NCBI GenBank assembly: GCA_038064475.1
Contig: JBBTTA010000001.1
Coordinates: forward strand, 111,086-175,085
Origin: Patescibacteria group bacterium
GTDB lineage: Bacteria > Patescibacteriota > Minisyncoccia > Phycocordibacterales > EsbW-18
Length of the DNA: 64,000 nt
Direction of reading: 5' to 3'
Part shown: in pieces, positions 1-9,217 of the stretch
How the letters are laid out: each line of letters starts with the position of its first letter
Numbering within the stretch: position 1 is the stretch's first letter
Notes under the pieces: generated by a model
What the model was told of the DNA's origin: nothing
The model's database searches: none
What the model saw: the letters and a program-made list of their open reading frames with translations, nothing else
Translations under genes and position numbers: made by a program

Positions 1-293
1 CGATTACACATCACATCTGGATTTGGTGTGCGACCGTGTTTATATTCTTCAATCATATAGTCGGCGACATCACGTTTGTACGCTTCTTCAAGATCAAGAG
101 TTTCAAAAGGTATGTTGAGTTTCGCACACACCGCCATCGCATCCGCTCGGTCTTCGCGCCATGTGCACGTCAAAAATTCAGGGTGCCATGTTTTGATGAA
201 TACACCCGTTACATCGTGCCCACCATCCTTGAGAAGTGCGGCAGATACAGAGCTATCCACGCCTCCTGACATACCGACATATACTTTTGCCAT
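1..293 (-). CDS. mnmA: tRNA-specific 2-thiouridylase MnmA, N-terminal part (gene runs off the window start)
   Basis: Minus-strand translation from the ATG at 293 reads MAKVYVGMSGGVDSSVSAALLKDGGHDVTGVFIKTWHPEF..., which contains the SGGxDSS PP-loop typical of MnmA/TrmU. The ORF continues past coordinate 1. Confidence 0.8.
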   Translation of the reverse strand, partial: MAKVYVGMSGGVDSSVSAALLKDGGHDVTGVFIKTWHPEFLTCTWREDRADAMAVCAKLNIPFETLDLEEAYKRDVADYMIEEYKHGRTPNPDVMCN

Positions 294-457
294 ATCGCCA
301 CAAGTATACGCATGAATTGACGAAATTCAAGAAAAAATGTATTGTATTTTTGTTGGTTCCGACCAACACCCTCCAACATTTGCCTCGACAAGGTGTCCCC
401 TGGACAAGGCCCTTGTCTGAGGCTTTTTTTTAAGAAAGAAAGATATACTAGAGCTAC

Positions 458-976
458 ATGGTTGATATCGTACAAAAAGAAAATCACACACTTCGGGGTA
501 AGGCCGGACCTGTTGCACAGGCTGATTTTGGAAGTGAAAAACTTCATGAAATCATTGCGCGCATGTCTGATGCACTCTCTGGAGAAAATGACGGTGTTGC
601 GATTGCCGCACCCCAAATTGGCATTCCTCTCCGTATTTTTGTTATATCAGGGAAAGTACTTCGCAAAAAAAGAGACGGCTCACTAGCATCGGACCGTGTT
701 TTCATTAATCCAGAAATCGTAAACACTGCGCAGAAAAAAGAATGGATGGAAGAAGGATGTCTTTCTGTCCGCTGGCAATATGGTGAGGTCGAGCGTTTTA
801 TAAAAGCTACGGTGCGCGCACACGACGTGAACGGCAAAGCATTCACACTCGGCGGCGGCCGTCTCCTCTCACATATTTTTCAACACGAAATTGATCATCT
901 CAACGGCATTTTGTTTATCGACAAAGCACGCAACGTAAAAGAAATGCATCCTAACAAACCTCATTATGGATATTAA
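458..976 (+). CDS. def: peptide deformylase
   Basis: 172 aa carrying the GVAIAAPQIG, EGCLS and HEIDHLNG deformylase motifs. It sits immediately upstream of fmt and overlaps it. Confidence 0.9.
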   Translation: MVDIVQKENHTLRGKAGPVAQADFGSEKLHEIIARMSDALSGENDGVAIAAPQIGIPLRIFVISGKVLRKKRDGSLASDRVFINPEIVNTAQKKEWMEEGCLSVRWQYGEVERFIKATVRAHDVNGKAFTLGGGRLLSHIFQHEIDHLNGILFIDKARNVKEMHPNKPHYGY

Positions 977-1850
977 ATTTGTTTTTTGGGGAACGCCTGA
1001 TATTGCTGTTGCATCGCTCGAGGCCCTTGAAACACATGGACTGCTTCCCCGTCTCATTGTGACGGCTCCTGACAGAAAAGTTGGTCGCGGACTTGAACTT
1101 ACCCCAACAGACGTAAAGGTTTGGGCGAATGAGCGAAATATTCCTGTACTTTCACCCGAGAAACTTTCTGACCATACATTTATGGAAGCGCTCTCCCCCA
1201 CTTCGTACAGCATTTCTGAATGGGATGTCTTTGTTGTTGTTGCGTATGGAAAAATTCTCCCACACACAATTCTTTCACTTCCTCGTTTAGGAACAATAAA
1301 CATGCACCCATCTCTCTTGCCGCGCCATCGTGGTCCTGCTCCCGTTGAATCACAAATTCTTTTTGAGGGTACAAAAGATGGTGTAGGTATTTCTATCATA
1401 CTTCTCGACAAAGAAATGGACCACGGTCCCATTCTTGCTCATGCATCGGTCGGTGGTGCACTTTTATCATGGCCTATTGGAGCAGTTGAGCTTCGTGCAC
1501 TTTTAGGAGAAGCGGGCGGCACGCTCCTTTCAACTACGCTCCCAGAATTTGTACAAGGAAATATTACGCCAATTCCCCAAGACCACACACAAGCAACATT
1601 TTGCAAAAAAATAGAGAAAGAAGCTGGTTTGATTACTCTCACCGACGATCCATTCACTAATTTCAAAAAGATTTGTGCGTACGAGATTTGGCCACGTGCC
1701 TACTTCTTTGCAGAAAAGCACGGAAAACAAATTCGCGTTGTTATAACCAAAGCCTCATACGAAAATAACATCCTCACAATTGAGAGTGTTATTCCCGAAG
1801 GACGAAAAGAAATGACTTGGGACGAATTTCAACGCTATCTTGTATCTTAA
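966..1850 (+). CDS. fmt: methionyl-tRNA formyltransferase
   Basis: 294 aa with the N-terminal FWGTPD...A motif and the HPSLLPRHRG formyltransferase motif. The def-fmt gene order matches the usual arrangement. Confidence 0.9.
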   Translation: MDIKFVFWGTPDIAVASLEALETHGLLPRLIVTAPDRKVGRGLELTPTDVKVWANERNIPVLSPEKLSDHTFMEALSPTSYSISEWDVFVVVAYGKILPHTILSLPRLGTINMHPSLLPRHRGPAPVESQILFEGTKDGVGISIILLDKEMDHGPILAHASVGGALLSWPIGAVELRALLGEAGGTLLSTTLPEFVQGNITPIPQDHTQATFCKKIEKEAGLITLTDDPFTNFKKICAYEIWPRAYFFAEKHGKQIRVVITKASYENNILTIESVIPEGRKEMTWDEFQRYLVS

Positions 1851-1865
1851 ACACATTTGAAATTC

Positions 1866-1956
1866 CAGATACAAGGCGTGGGCGAGGACCAAACCGAGCA
1901 ATAGTTTTTCTATTGTGAGGGAGGATTGGAGCCCACAACACAGTAGGTGGATTTTC
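1866..1956. repeat. about 91-nt structured intergenic repeat, copy 1 (the second copy is at 20783..20875)
   Basis: Both copies begin cagatacaaggcg and end cagtagNtgNgatttc. They fold as nested stems gtgggc/gcccac, ccaa/ttgg and caatag/ctattg. Copy 1 lies in the gap between the convergent fmt and PPIase genes. Confidence 0.5.
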
Positions 1957-1964
1957 AAATGCGT

Positions 1965-2621
1965 TTAACGAACAATCTCAACGCTCGTGATAACAACATC
2001 TTCAACTGGTCGGTCACCTGTCGCAGTTTCGGTTGTTGCGATTGCATCAACAATTTCCATTCCGGAAATCACTTTTCCAAATACAGGATGCGAGCTTCCC
2101 ATTGGTGGCTTGTCAAAATCGAGTCCGGTATTATCAACAACGCTGATAAAGAACTGGCTACCACCTGAGTTTTTCTGACCTGTGTTTGCCATTGCTATCG
2201 TGCCGCGCACATTTGAATATCCTTCAACAAATTCGTCTTCAATCGTGTAGCCCGGACCACCCGTGCCCCAACGCATTGTTTGTGTTGCGTCTTTCGTCAA
2301 AGGATCCCCTCCTTGAATCATGAACCCTGCAATCACACGATGAAAACGCGTGTTGTCGTAAAAACCATCTCCTGCAAGTTTTATAAAATTACCTGTCGTA
2401 ATTGGCATGGCGTCGGAAAACAATTCAAACGTGAAGTCTCCACGATTTGTGTGAAAAATTGCTTGTGTCGCGCCTGCTGTTTTTGTTGTATCAGACGACG
2501 TTCCAATTTGTGGTTCATCTGCAATTGGTAATGAATTCATATCGGGAATACTTGAAATAATAAAGTATGCAACAAGTGCAACAATACTTAGCTTAACGAG
2601 TGACCAAAGAGCATTTCGCAT
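1965..2621 (-). CDS. peptidyl-prolyl cis-trans isomerase, cyclophilin type, with an N-terminal membrane anchor
   Basis: 218 aa containing HRVIAGFMIQGGDP and GTGGPGY, which are cyclophilin signatures. The N-terminus has a hydrophobic helix. Confidence 0.85.
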   Translation of the reverse strand: MRNALWSLVKLSIVALVAYFIISSIPDMNSLPIADEPQIGTSSDTTKTAGATQAIFHTNRGDFTFELFSDAMPITTGNFIKLAGDGFYDNTRFHRVIAGFMIQGGDPLTKDATQTMRWGTGGPGYTIEDEFVEGYSNVRGTIAMANTGQKNSGGSQFFISVVDNTGLDFDKPPMGSSHPVFGKVISGMEIVDAIATTETATGDRPVEDVVITSVEIVR

Positions 2622-2622
2622 A

Positions 2623-3000
2623 TTAGTTTTCTCCGAGTCCCATGGAACGAAGTATATTTTTCATAAAACGACCCCCCTTGCGCAACAAATGTGTTTTCTT
2701 GCTCTTTGTTCGCTGAAGTTCATCAACAAGACTGTCCTTTGCCGCATCGATTGCAGCATACAGGTCATCCTTCTCTGCAACTGCTCGGAGCGCCCCGTCT
2801 GCAGTCGTCAAATTCATCTCTGCCCTAAAAATATCTCCTGAGTGATGGTGCTGTGTTGTCTGTCCCAACTCGACTTGTACAAACGGATCTGCATCGCGAG
2901 GACCGAGGAACCGTTCGATCATACGCACTTTTTCTTCTGCATATGAACGAATTGCCGGTGTCAATTGCATGTGCACCGTCTTGATGTTGATGGTAAGCAT
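2623..3000 (-). CDS. hpf: ribosome hibernation promoting factor / ribosome-associated inhibitor A family protein
   Basis: 125 aa starting MQLTPAIRSYAEEKVRMIERFL, typical of the HPF/YfiA family. It ends 2 nt upstream of the PPIase gene. Confidence 0.8.
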   Translation of the reverse strand: MLTINIKTVHMQLTPAIRSYAEEKVRMIERFLGPRDADPFVQVELGQTTQHHHSGDIFRAEMNLTTADGALRAVAEKDDLYAAIDAAKDSLVDELQRTKSKKTHLLRKGGRFMKNILRSMGLGEN

Positions 3001-3059
3001 GGAAAACGTAGAACTAGAATAATAAATGCCTGTTACTTTCTCTATAGTACTACTTTTTC

Positions 3060-3959
3060 CTATCGGTCAAAAATACTTACAAGATACGTATCAATATCCC
3101 GCTGGTCCATGTCATAGAAGTACTCTTTTTCACGATGGAGGTCTTTTGCGAGATCGAGACCGACAAAACGCCAATGCCATGGTTCGAATTGGTAGTAGGT
3201 ATTGTTTTCAGGATACGAAAGAACAAATCCGTATTTGTATGCGTTTGCGAGAAGCCACGTATATGCTGGTGTAACATTGAATCCATCAAGCGCGCCGTTT
3301 GTTGCGACCGTTGAAAAATCCACCGTCGTGCCGAGTTGATGTTCTGAATATCCTTGATCTGCAGAAAATTGATTCGCCGTACCCGCACCATAGACGACAC
3401 TGTAGCTCGATTTGAGTGTTGTCTGTTCTCCAAATGAACGGAATGCGGAAATGATGCGAAGATCCACGTTATCGTTATCTGCTTCTTCCATGAGGTCTTC
3501 CAAAAAAGGCCATACTTTTGAGTGAATGTTTTCTGCCTCAACTTCTGGATATCTATATTGTTTTTCTATTTCTTTGAACGATGGCGGTGAGTAGTGTTCA
3601 TTCAAAAAGTACACTTTGGAGTATTTCTGCAATAGTTCAGGATCAGTTTTACTCAATTTTTCGAGCATACCAACCGTGTCAGCAATATCATCAATTTGGT
3701 CCTCCAAATCCTCGTTCTTTTTTTGTTCAGAGTAAAGAGCCTCAGACAATGTTTTATTTTCCAACTCTTTTTCTCCAAGTTTTGTTGAGAGATCCCCTAC
3801 CTCTGTCGTATATTTTTCATTCGCTGTGGCAAGTTTTGTCTGTGCTCTCCACCAGCCCAATGCAAGTCCCGCGCACAACACAAAGCCAATAAGAGCGTAT
3901 ATGTAGACTGACTGGGCTTTCTCTCTGGTATCGCTGTGATGCTCTGTATGTGTATTCAT
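3060..3959 (-). CDS. D-alanyl-D-alanine carboxypeptidase (VanY / peptidase M15B family), membrane-anchored with a coiled-coil region
   Basis: The C-terminus has YSEHQLGTTVDF and WHWRFVG, which are M15 motifs. The ORF track extends to 4040, but the ATG at 3959 (MNTHTEHH...) avoids overlapping the divergent GH18 start. Confidence 0.75.
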   Translation of the reverse strand: MNTHTEHHSDTREKAQSVYIYALIGFVLCAGLALGWWRAQTKLATANEKYTTEVGDLSTKLGEKELENKTLSEALYSEQKKNEDLEDQIDDIADTVGMLEKLSKTDPELLQKYSKVYFLNEHYSPPSFKEIEKQYRYPEVEAENIHSKVWPFLEDLMEEADNDNVDLRIISAFRSFGEQTTLKSSYSVVYGAGTANQFSADQGYSEHQLGTTVDFSTVATNGALDGFNVTPAYTWLLANAYKYGFVLSYPENNTYYQFEPWHWRFVGLDLAKDLHREKEYFYDMDQRDIDTYLVSIFDR

Positions 3960-4022
3960 ATCTTCATGAAATTTTTCAGCCAATAAAGATAGTGTATCAG
4001 GTATACTACTACCAATACACCT

Positions 4023-5216
4023 ATGCAAAAAGTACACCATTTTGGTTTCAGTTTCCTCTGTATTCTAGGGCTTGTTCTAGCGCCCTTCTTTGCGCATGCA
4101 GATATTCCAGATTTAGAGGTAACAGGTTGGATTCCCTACTGGACCGTCACTTCAGGAACGCGAGATGCGGCTCAACACCTTGAAACACTCACCGAAATCC
4201 ATCCGTTTGCCTACGTTATTAAGTCAGACGGCACGCTAAGTGACCTCGCAGATTTGGATAAACGCATATGGAAGCGTCTTTTCACAAAAGCGCGTCATGA
4301 GGATGTGTTGATTATTCCGACCGTCACCACAAGCAACGGCCCTTTGGTGCATAGCATTTTGACTAATGCACGACGTATGAAAGATCACGTCGAAGAAATT
4401 GTTGATATGGTTGAAGATGGCCGCTACGATGGTGTTGATATTAACTATGAAGGGAAATTAGCTGACACAAATCTTTTCTTTGCACTGTTCTTGCGTGAAC
4501 TCAAAAAAGAATTGGGATCAAAAATGCTTTCCTGCGCAATTGAATCACGCACGCCGCCTGAATCTCTCTACCGAGTTGTTCCTGATACAATCGAGTACGC
4601 AAACAACCTCCCCGCTATCGGTTTGTACTGTGACCGCGTGCAAATCATGACGTATGATCAACAACGCGCTGATCTTTTGTTAAACGATATGCGTAAGGGC
4701 GCGCCATACATTCCTGTATCTGACCCTGCATGGGTACGTAAGGTAGTTGACTACATGGCGCTCTCAATTCCTCGCGACAAAATGATGTTGGGTATTCCTA
4801 CCTACGGACATGAATTTGAAGTCATTACGATTCCTGATCAATTTTTGGAATACAATAAGGTCGGTTCACGAAATCCGGACACCGCACTCGATAAAGCAGA
4901 CGATAAAGATGTGGAGCCATCACGAAACAGCGCGGGTGAATTAAGTTTTTCGTACCTTCCTGACTTCATTGAGGACGATTTGCCACGAAATCTTCGTATT
5001 CCTGCAAACACCCCCGAAGGGAATAAAGCCGCCGCACAAGCACTCGCCTACGCCGGTATGACAGGACAAGCCGTTCCGGTCTATGTGGTGTGGTGGAGCG
5101 ATGCAGAAGCAATCGAAGATAAAGTTGAGCTCGCCGATGAGTTGGGGTTACGCGGTGTTGCAATATTTAAGATTGATGGGCATGAGGACGAAGATATGTG
5201 GAATATTTTTGAATAA
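4023..5216 (+). CDS. secreted glycoside hydrolase family 18-like (chitinase-like) protein
   Basis: The N-terminus looks like a signal peptide. The DGVDINYEG stretch matches the GH18 DxxDxDxE catalytic motif. Confidence 0.7.
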   Translation: MQKVHHFGFSFLCILGLVLAPFFAHADIPDLEVTGWIPYWTVTSGTRDAAQHLETLTEIHPFAYVIKSDGTLSDLADLDKRIWKRLFTKARHEDVLIIPTVTTSNGPLVHSILTNARRMKDHVEEIVDMVEDGRYDGVDINYEGKLADTNLFFALFLRELKKELGSKMLSCAIESRTPPESLYRVVPDTIEYANNLPAIGLYCDRVQIMTYDQQRADLLLNDMRKGAPYIPVSDPAWVRKVVDYMALSIPRDKMMLGIPTYGHEFEVITIPDQFLEYNKVGSRNPDTALDKADDKDVEPSRNSAGELSFSYLPDFIEDDLPRNLRIPANTPEGNKAAAQALAYAGMTGQAVPVYVVWWSDAEAIEDKVELADELGLRGVAIFKIDGHEDEDMWNIFE

Positions 5217-5254
5217 GAAAAAGCCCCGTATGGACATGTGGCCCACACAGAGCT

Positions 5255-5857
5255 TCAATTGACATGCATCTTTTTGCCGAACTTCTCAACGAAGTGGCAC
5301 ATCTGACCGGTGTACGCAAAGCAGAGCATGATTGTGTGATAAACGATGTTAATCGTCCACCACTTAAATCGCGATCTCTGCCACGGACTCGGATGATTCT
5401 CGTTCCAGAGCGCACGGAAAGTCAAAAGATCAATCGTCGCATCTGGGTAAAAGTACTTGAGAAGCCTTCGATATCGCCGCGCATGCGGCCCGTCGCAAAT
5501 GAGAAGAATGCTCTTCACATCCGGACGCACCTTGTGAATTTCTGTCACCTCCTGAATCGTATTGTTTGAGGTAACTGAGACCACACGCTTCGATGAAACA
5601 CCAAAGAAGTGCAGGTGCTTGAGCTTCGCTTTGTGCAATACATCCGCTCCGGGACCCAGATGCTCAGTGTTACCCCACGCAACCTCTTGCAATACTTCTT
5701 GATCTAAGAGGTATGCAGCGAAGGCAACACCTTGGCCTGTTGCACTGGGCAAGACCTTTTCGTGGTCATTGAGACCAGCGTATTCGGCAACAATACCGAG
5801 TTCATACGCGCCAACTTCTTTTCGTACTGTGTTACGAGGAACATAAGGATTCCGCAC
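5255..5857 (-). CDS. hypothetical protein of about 200 aa
   Basis: It is a long ORF and I recognised no confident family. The start codon is uncertain. Confidence 0.4.
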   Translation of the reverse strand: MRNPYVPRNTVRKEVGAYELGIVAEYAGLNDHEKVLPSATGQGVAFAAYLLDQEVLQEVAWGNTEHLGPGADVLHKAKLKHLHFFGVSSKRVVSVTSNNTIQEVTEIHKVRPDVKSILLICDGPHARRYRRLLKYFYPDATIDLLTFRALWNENHPSPWQRSRFKWWTINIVYHTIMLCFAYTGQMCHFVEKFGKKMHVN

Positions 5858-5923
5858 TTTTTACCACCTCCTTTTCTGAGAGGATTATATCACAAGAAGC
5901 CAGAGAAGTCAATAAGCACCCTT

Positions 5924-6790
5924 TCAGAGCGAATACTGTTTGAAGAGCGCTAACATACCACGAAGGTTTTTATCCCATTCAATCGTTTCGTGCGTTGAAA
6001 GCTCTACCGTAATTGCAGGAATATTAATTGAAGCAAGCCACCCTTCGGCGTCCCCTGTCACTTCATAACTATCAAATACATCGACTGTTTGATACCCAGC
6101 GGCAGTTGCGTATGAGGTCATGAGTGTGCGCGTCTCGGGTAAAATACCCATTTCACACTCTGATGCATACACGGCATTTGCTTGGCTGTGCCAGAACACA
6201 AAAGCATCGGGGCTTTGTGCGGTCACAAAATCACGAATCGCTCGAGTTTCAGGTTCAGAGAATGCAGACGTGCCCGCAGACACGACGTTCCCGCGCCATG
6301 TACTTTCTGGTTTCCATTTACAATCAAAGTTGCGGTTGAGGTCAACGTTGTTTGCATTGAAACGTCCAAGAGAATCATCTCCCCCAAGCGAAACGTCAGC
6401 GAGTGTGAAGCGTCCTTCCTTCCCTATGATTTTAAATACGCCGTCAGGATTTGCTGAAGGGATAATCGTTACCATGAGTGCGTCAGGAATTACTTCAGGA
6501 TGAAGTGTTAAGTAATCCATCGCTTCATACGCAAGCAAAACGCTATTCCATTCATATCCGCCGTGAATGCCTCCAACAAATACGAGATGGTTTTCACCGT
6601 CACCAAATGTTATCGCCTCAATAGGACGACCAAGGACCGAAGTACCAATCGTCGCACGCGTAACAACAGGTGTTTCCTCTACAGGCGGAACAACTTCAGG
6701 AACTTTGTCGCGCAGGAAAAAAACAAGGAGACCAATGAGCACTCCAAGAAGGAGAATGCCTCCGACAATCTTTTTACCGATGGGTCGCAT
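5924..6790 (-). CDS. zinc carboxypeptidase, M14 family, membrane-anchored (paralog 1)
   Basis: 288 aa with an N-terminal TM helix, GGIHGGYEWN and DLNRNFDC (M14 zinc-binding and NRN motifs). Its ATG shares one nucleotide with the stop codon of the upstream paralog. Confidence 0.7.
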   Translation of the reverse strand: MRPIGKKIVGGILLLGVLIGLLVFFLRDKVPEVVPPVEETPVVTRATIGTSVLGRPIEAITFGDGENHLVFVGGIHGGYEWNSVLLAYEAMDYLTLHPEVIPDALMVTIIPSANPDGVFKIIGKEGRFTLADVSLGGDDSLGRFNANNVDLNRNFDCKWKPESTWRGNVVSAGTSAFSEPETRAIRDFVTAQSPDAFVFWHSQANAVYASECEMGILPETRTLMTSYATAAGYQTVDVFDSYEVTGDAEGWLASINIPAITVELSTHETIEWDKNLRGMLALFKQYSL

Positions 6791-7677
6791 TATTCTTGGC
6801 TGGCAACGTATTCAATAACTGCGTCAGCACCCTTCCAGTTCTTTTCCCACTCTGTTGTGTCGTGTGTTGTAAGGAGAACGCTGATTGCTGGAATGCTTTC
6901 TTTCGCAAGCCAGTTCACCATGTCACCTGTAATGTCGTAAAAATCAAACTCTTCGTATGCGGGATACCCTGATGCCTTTGCGTAGAGGTTCGTCAATTCA
7001 AGTGTCTCTTCAGATACACCACCGTGACAGTTTGAAGCAAAGACTCCACCCGCTGAGCTGTAGAACACAACCACTGCGTCTGGGTCATTTTTCTCAATGT
7101 AGGCCTTCATTGCTTGGCTTTCTCGTTCAGAGAAGGCTCCTGTACCGCCGCTTACTGGAGTTTGCTGCCATACACCTGTTGCTTGCCAATCACAATCAAA
7201 GTTGCGATTGAGGTCAACATCGTTTGCGTTGAAGCGTCCAGGAATTGTTTCGCTCTTTGCAGTTGGCACGTCTTCTTTAGTGAATCGTCCTGATGTACCC
7301 ACAACTTCTTCCAAACCATCTGGGTTCAATACAGGAATAACTGATACCGTCACACCATCTGCAATCTCATCTGGATTTGCTTCCAAGAAATCAATAAGTT
7401 CGTATGAAAGCAATACTGTGTTCCATTCATAACCACCGTGAATACCTCCGACAAACAAAACCTCTTTATCTCCTTCACCAAAGTGATAGATAGGAATCTC
7501 ACGACCCTTAATTGATATACCAATAGATGTTTCTTCGAGAGCAACAGGAGTCGTTGTTGCATTCGTTGTTGTTGCTGTCTCTGGTGTCTCTGTAGTCTCC
7601 GGCTTACGTGTTGTAATCACCCAAATACCGAGCCCAATTAGAATAATGACAATAAGTGCTATAATGAATTTTTTCAT
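6790..7677 (-). CDS. zinc carboxypeptidase, M14 family, membrane-anchored (paralog 2)
   Basis: 295 aa with the same GGIHGGYEWN and DLNRNFDC motifs. It is clearly paralogous to the downstream gene. Confidence 0.7.
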   Translation of the reverse strand: MKKFIIALIVIILIGLGIWVITTRKPETTETPETATTTNATTTPVALEETSIGISIKGREIPIYHFGEGDKEVLFVGGIHGGYEWNTVLLSYELIDFLEANPDEIADGVTVSVIPVLNPDGLEEVVGTSGRFTKEDVPTAKSETIPGRFNANDVDLNRNFDCDWQATGVWQQTPVSGGTGAFSERESQAMKAYIEKNDPDAVVVFYSSAGGVFASNCHGGVSEETLELTNLYAKASGYPAYEEFDFYDITGDMVNWLAKESIPAISVLLTTHDTTEWEKNWKGADAVIEYVASQE

Positions 7678-7720
7678 GGAACTATTTTAGCATACTGGCT
7701 GTATTGTCAATTGGATACAC

Positions 7721-7747
7721 AAAAGGCCGCTTCCGCGGCCTTTTTTC
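7721..7747. terminator. rho-independent terminator, usable in both directions
   Basis: The hairpin ggccgc-ttcc-gcggcc is followed by tttttt and preceded by aaaa. Confidence 0.5.
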
Positions 7748-8265
7748 TAGTTGAATTTTATCGTTTGTGCGATATCGTCGATAAGTGAATCGAGGTTAAG
7801 ATCTTTTCGTTCCGCCTCACAAAGCTCTTGTTCCTTTTCATTCAAGTCATTGCACTGCAGAGATCGTGTACTGAATGCAAGTGCCACAGTTCGGTCATCC
7901 TTCACAAATACATACGCGTACTGTGTGTAAATATTTCCATCTCCACTATTTTTTATTTCAGTCACACAATACGTGTGTCCATCAATAGTGCGTTCTTCCG
8001 TTTCGCCTGCGCGCGCAATTTCAGTTCCCGCAGTGGTACAGAGATATGGCGCGTCAGAAATAATAATTTTTGGTGGCCAATCGTACGTAAACGTGTATTC
8101 AGCTCCAATTCGTCGTGGAAAGTTGAAATGAAATCCTTCTCCTTGTGTTGAATCCCATGAACCCAATACACCGATTTCATCGGCAAGACGTGACTTTATG
8201 ACTGCCGTTAGAACGGCTGCAAGGACGACAATGACAAGCGCCCCGATAATGATTTTCTCTTTCAT
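7747..8265 (-). CDS. hypothetical membrane-anchored protein
   Basis: 172 aa with an N-terminal TM helix. I recognised no family. Confidence 0.45.
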   Translation of the reverse strand: MKEKIIIGALVIVVLAAVLTAVIKSRLADEIGVLGSWDSTQGEGFHFNFPRRIGAEYTFTYDWPPKIIISDAPYLCTTAGTEIARAGETEERTIDGHTYCVTEIKNSGDGNIYTQYAYVFVKDDRTVALAFSTRSLQCNDLNEKEQELCEAERKDLNLDSLIDDIAQTIKFN

Positions 8266-8383
8266 ATATGTACCCTAGCACAAATAGCCGGTTAGGCATC
8301 ATTTACTCAAAAAATGGTACGAGAGGAAAAGAGACGTGGACGGCCCAGAAAAGGTGCCTGACCCCATTTACCTAGTTTACAAA

Positions 8384-8953
8384 TTAAAAGTTTCTTATAA
8401 TCGATTCACAAATATCTGCTGCTGTTTTTGCCCAATGTTCACTTATTTCTCCATTTCCCTCCGATAGTTCCTTGTGTAAATGCACATAGTTCCTTAAATC
8501 TCTGATGATGTGAATTTTATGATTTTCCATGTCGGAAAGATAGCCATTTTTGTGTGCAATCTCAAGAGCATCATTAAAGTTTTTTGCTTTTGGATATTTT
8601 TCAATTAATATAGCTTCAATAATCGAACCATATAAAATGATGGATGGTTTCCATAAGGAATTTTTTAGGCAAATTTTTGCAGATTTATAGTCTCTCTGAA
8701 GCAAGGGCTGTAGTCTTTTGCTGTTAATAAAGTCGAAGGTTCGCTCTGCAACTTTTTTTCTCATTGTTGGATCTTTTTCAAATAGATCCTTCGCACGATT
8801 ACTCATCATTTGTCGATATTCATCAGACACTAGCTTTGCTCTTGGAAATCGTTTTTGGTATTCAAGTGAAGACAGTTTGTGTTTTCTGTTTATATGAGTT
8901 GCGAGGCCTGAAGAAAATGTTTCTCCACAAATTTTACATTTTACTCTTTCCAT
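8384..8953 (-). CDS. C2H2-like zinc-finger protein with a C-terminal HEPN/DUF4145-like motif; possible defence or abortive-infection nuclease
   Basis: The N-terminus reads CKICGETFSSGLATHINRKH, a C-x2-C-x10-H-x4-H pattern. The C-terminus reads IIRDLRNYVHLH, an R..(R)N..H arrangement resembling the HEPN Rx4-6H motif. The gene is conspicuously AT-rich compared with its neighbours. Confidence 0.55.
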   Translation of the reverse strand: MERVKCKICGETFSSGLATHINRKHKLSSLEYQKRFPRAKLVSDEYRQMMSNRAKDLFEKDPTMRKKVAERTFDFINSKRLQPLLQRDYKSAKICLKNSLWKPSIILYGSIIEAILIEKYPKAKNFNDALEIAHKNGYLSDMENHKIHIIRDLRNYVHLHKELSEGNGEISEHWAKTAADICESIIRNF

Positions 8954-9121
8954 AGTTTTATATTGTTGCGGGACACTGGATTTTTGAATCCTCTCTTTGT
9001 ATTGACCGGTAAAGTGAGCATATCACAGGTATATGACTCGCGCAGTGCGACGGCACGAGCGGGAGTGCCGTTCTAGCAAGAACGGACACGTGTCATATGC
9101 CGGTGAGTATGCGAACGAATG

Positions 9122-9192
9122 TTGCGGGACTTGGATTCGAACCAAGATACCCTCCTCCAAAGGGAGGTGTCCTACCATTAGACGATCCCGCA
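9122..9192 (-). tRNA. tRNA-Gln (anticodon TTG)
   Basis: On the minus strand a cloverleaf can be drawn: acceptor TGCGGGA/TCCCGCA, anticodon stem CCTCC/GGAGG with loop CTTTGGA, and T-arm CTTGG-TTCGAAT-CCAAG. Confidence 0.85.
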
Positions 9193-9217
9193 GTAGCCAC
9201 ACTATACCTTTTGAAAC

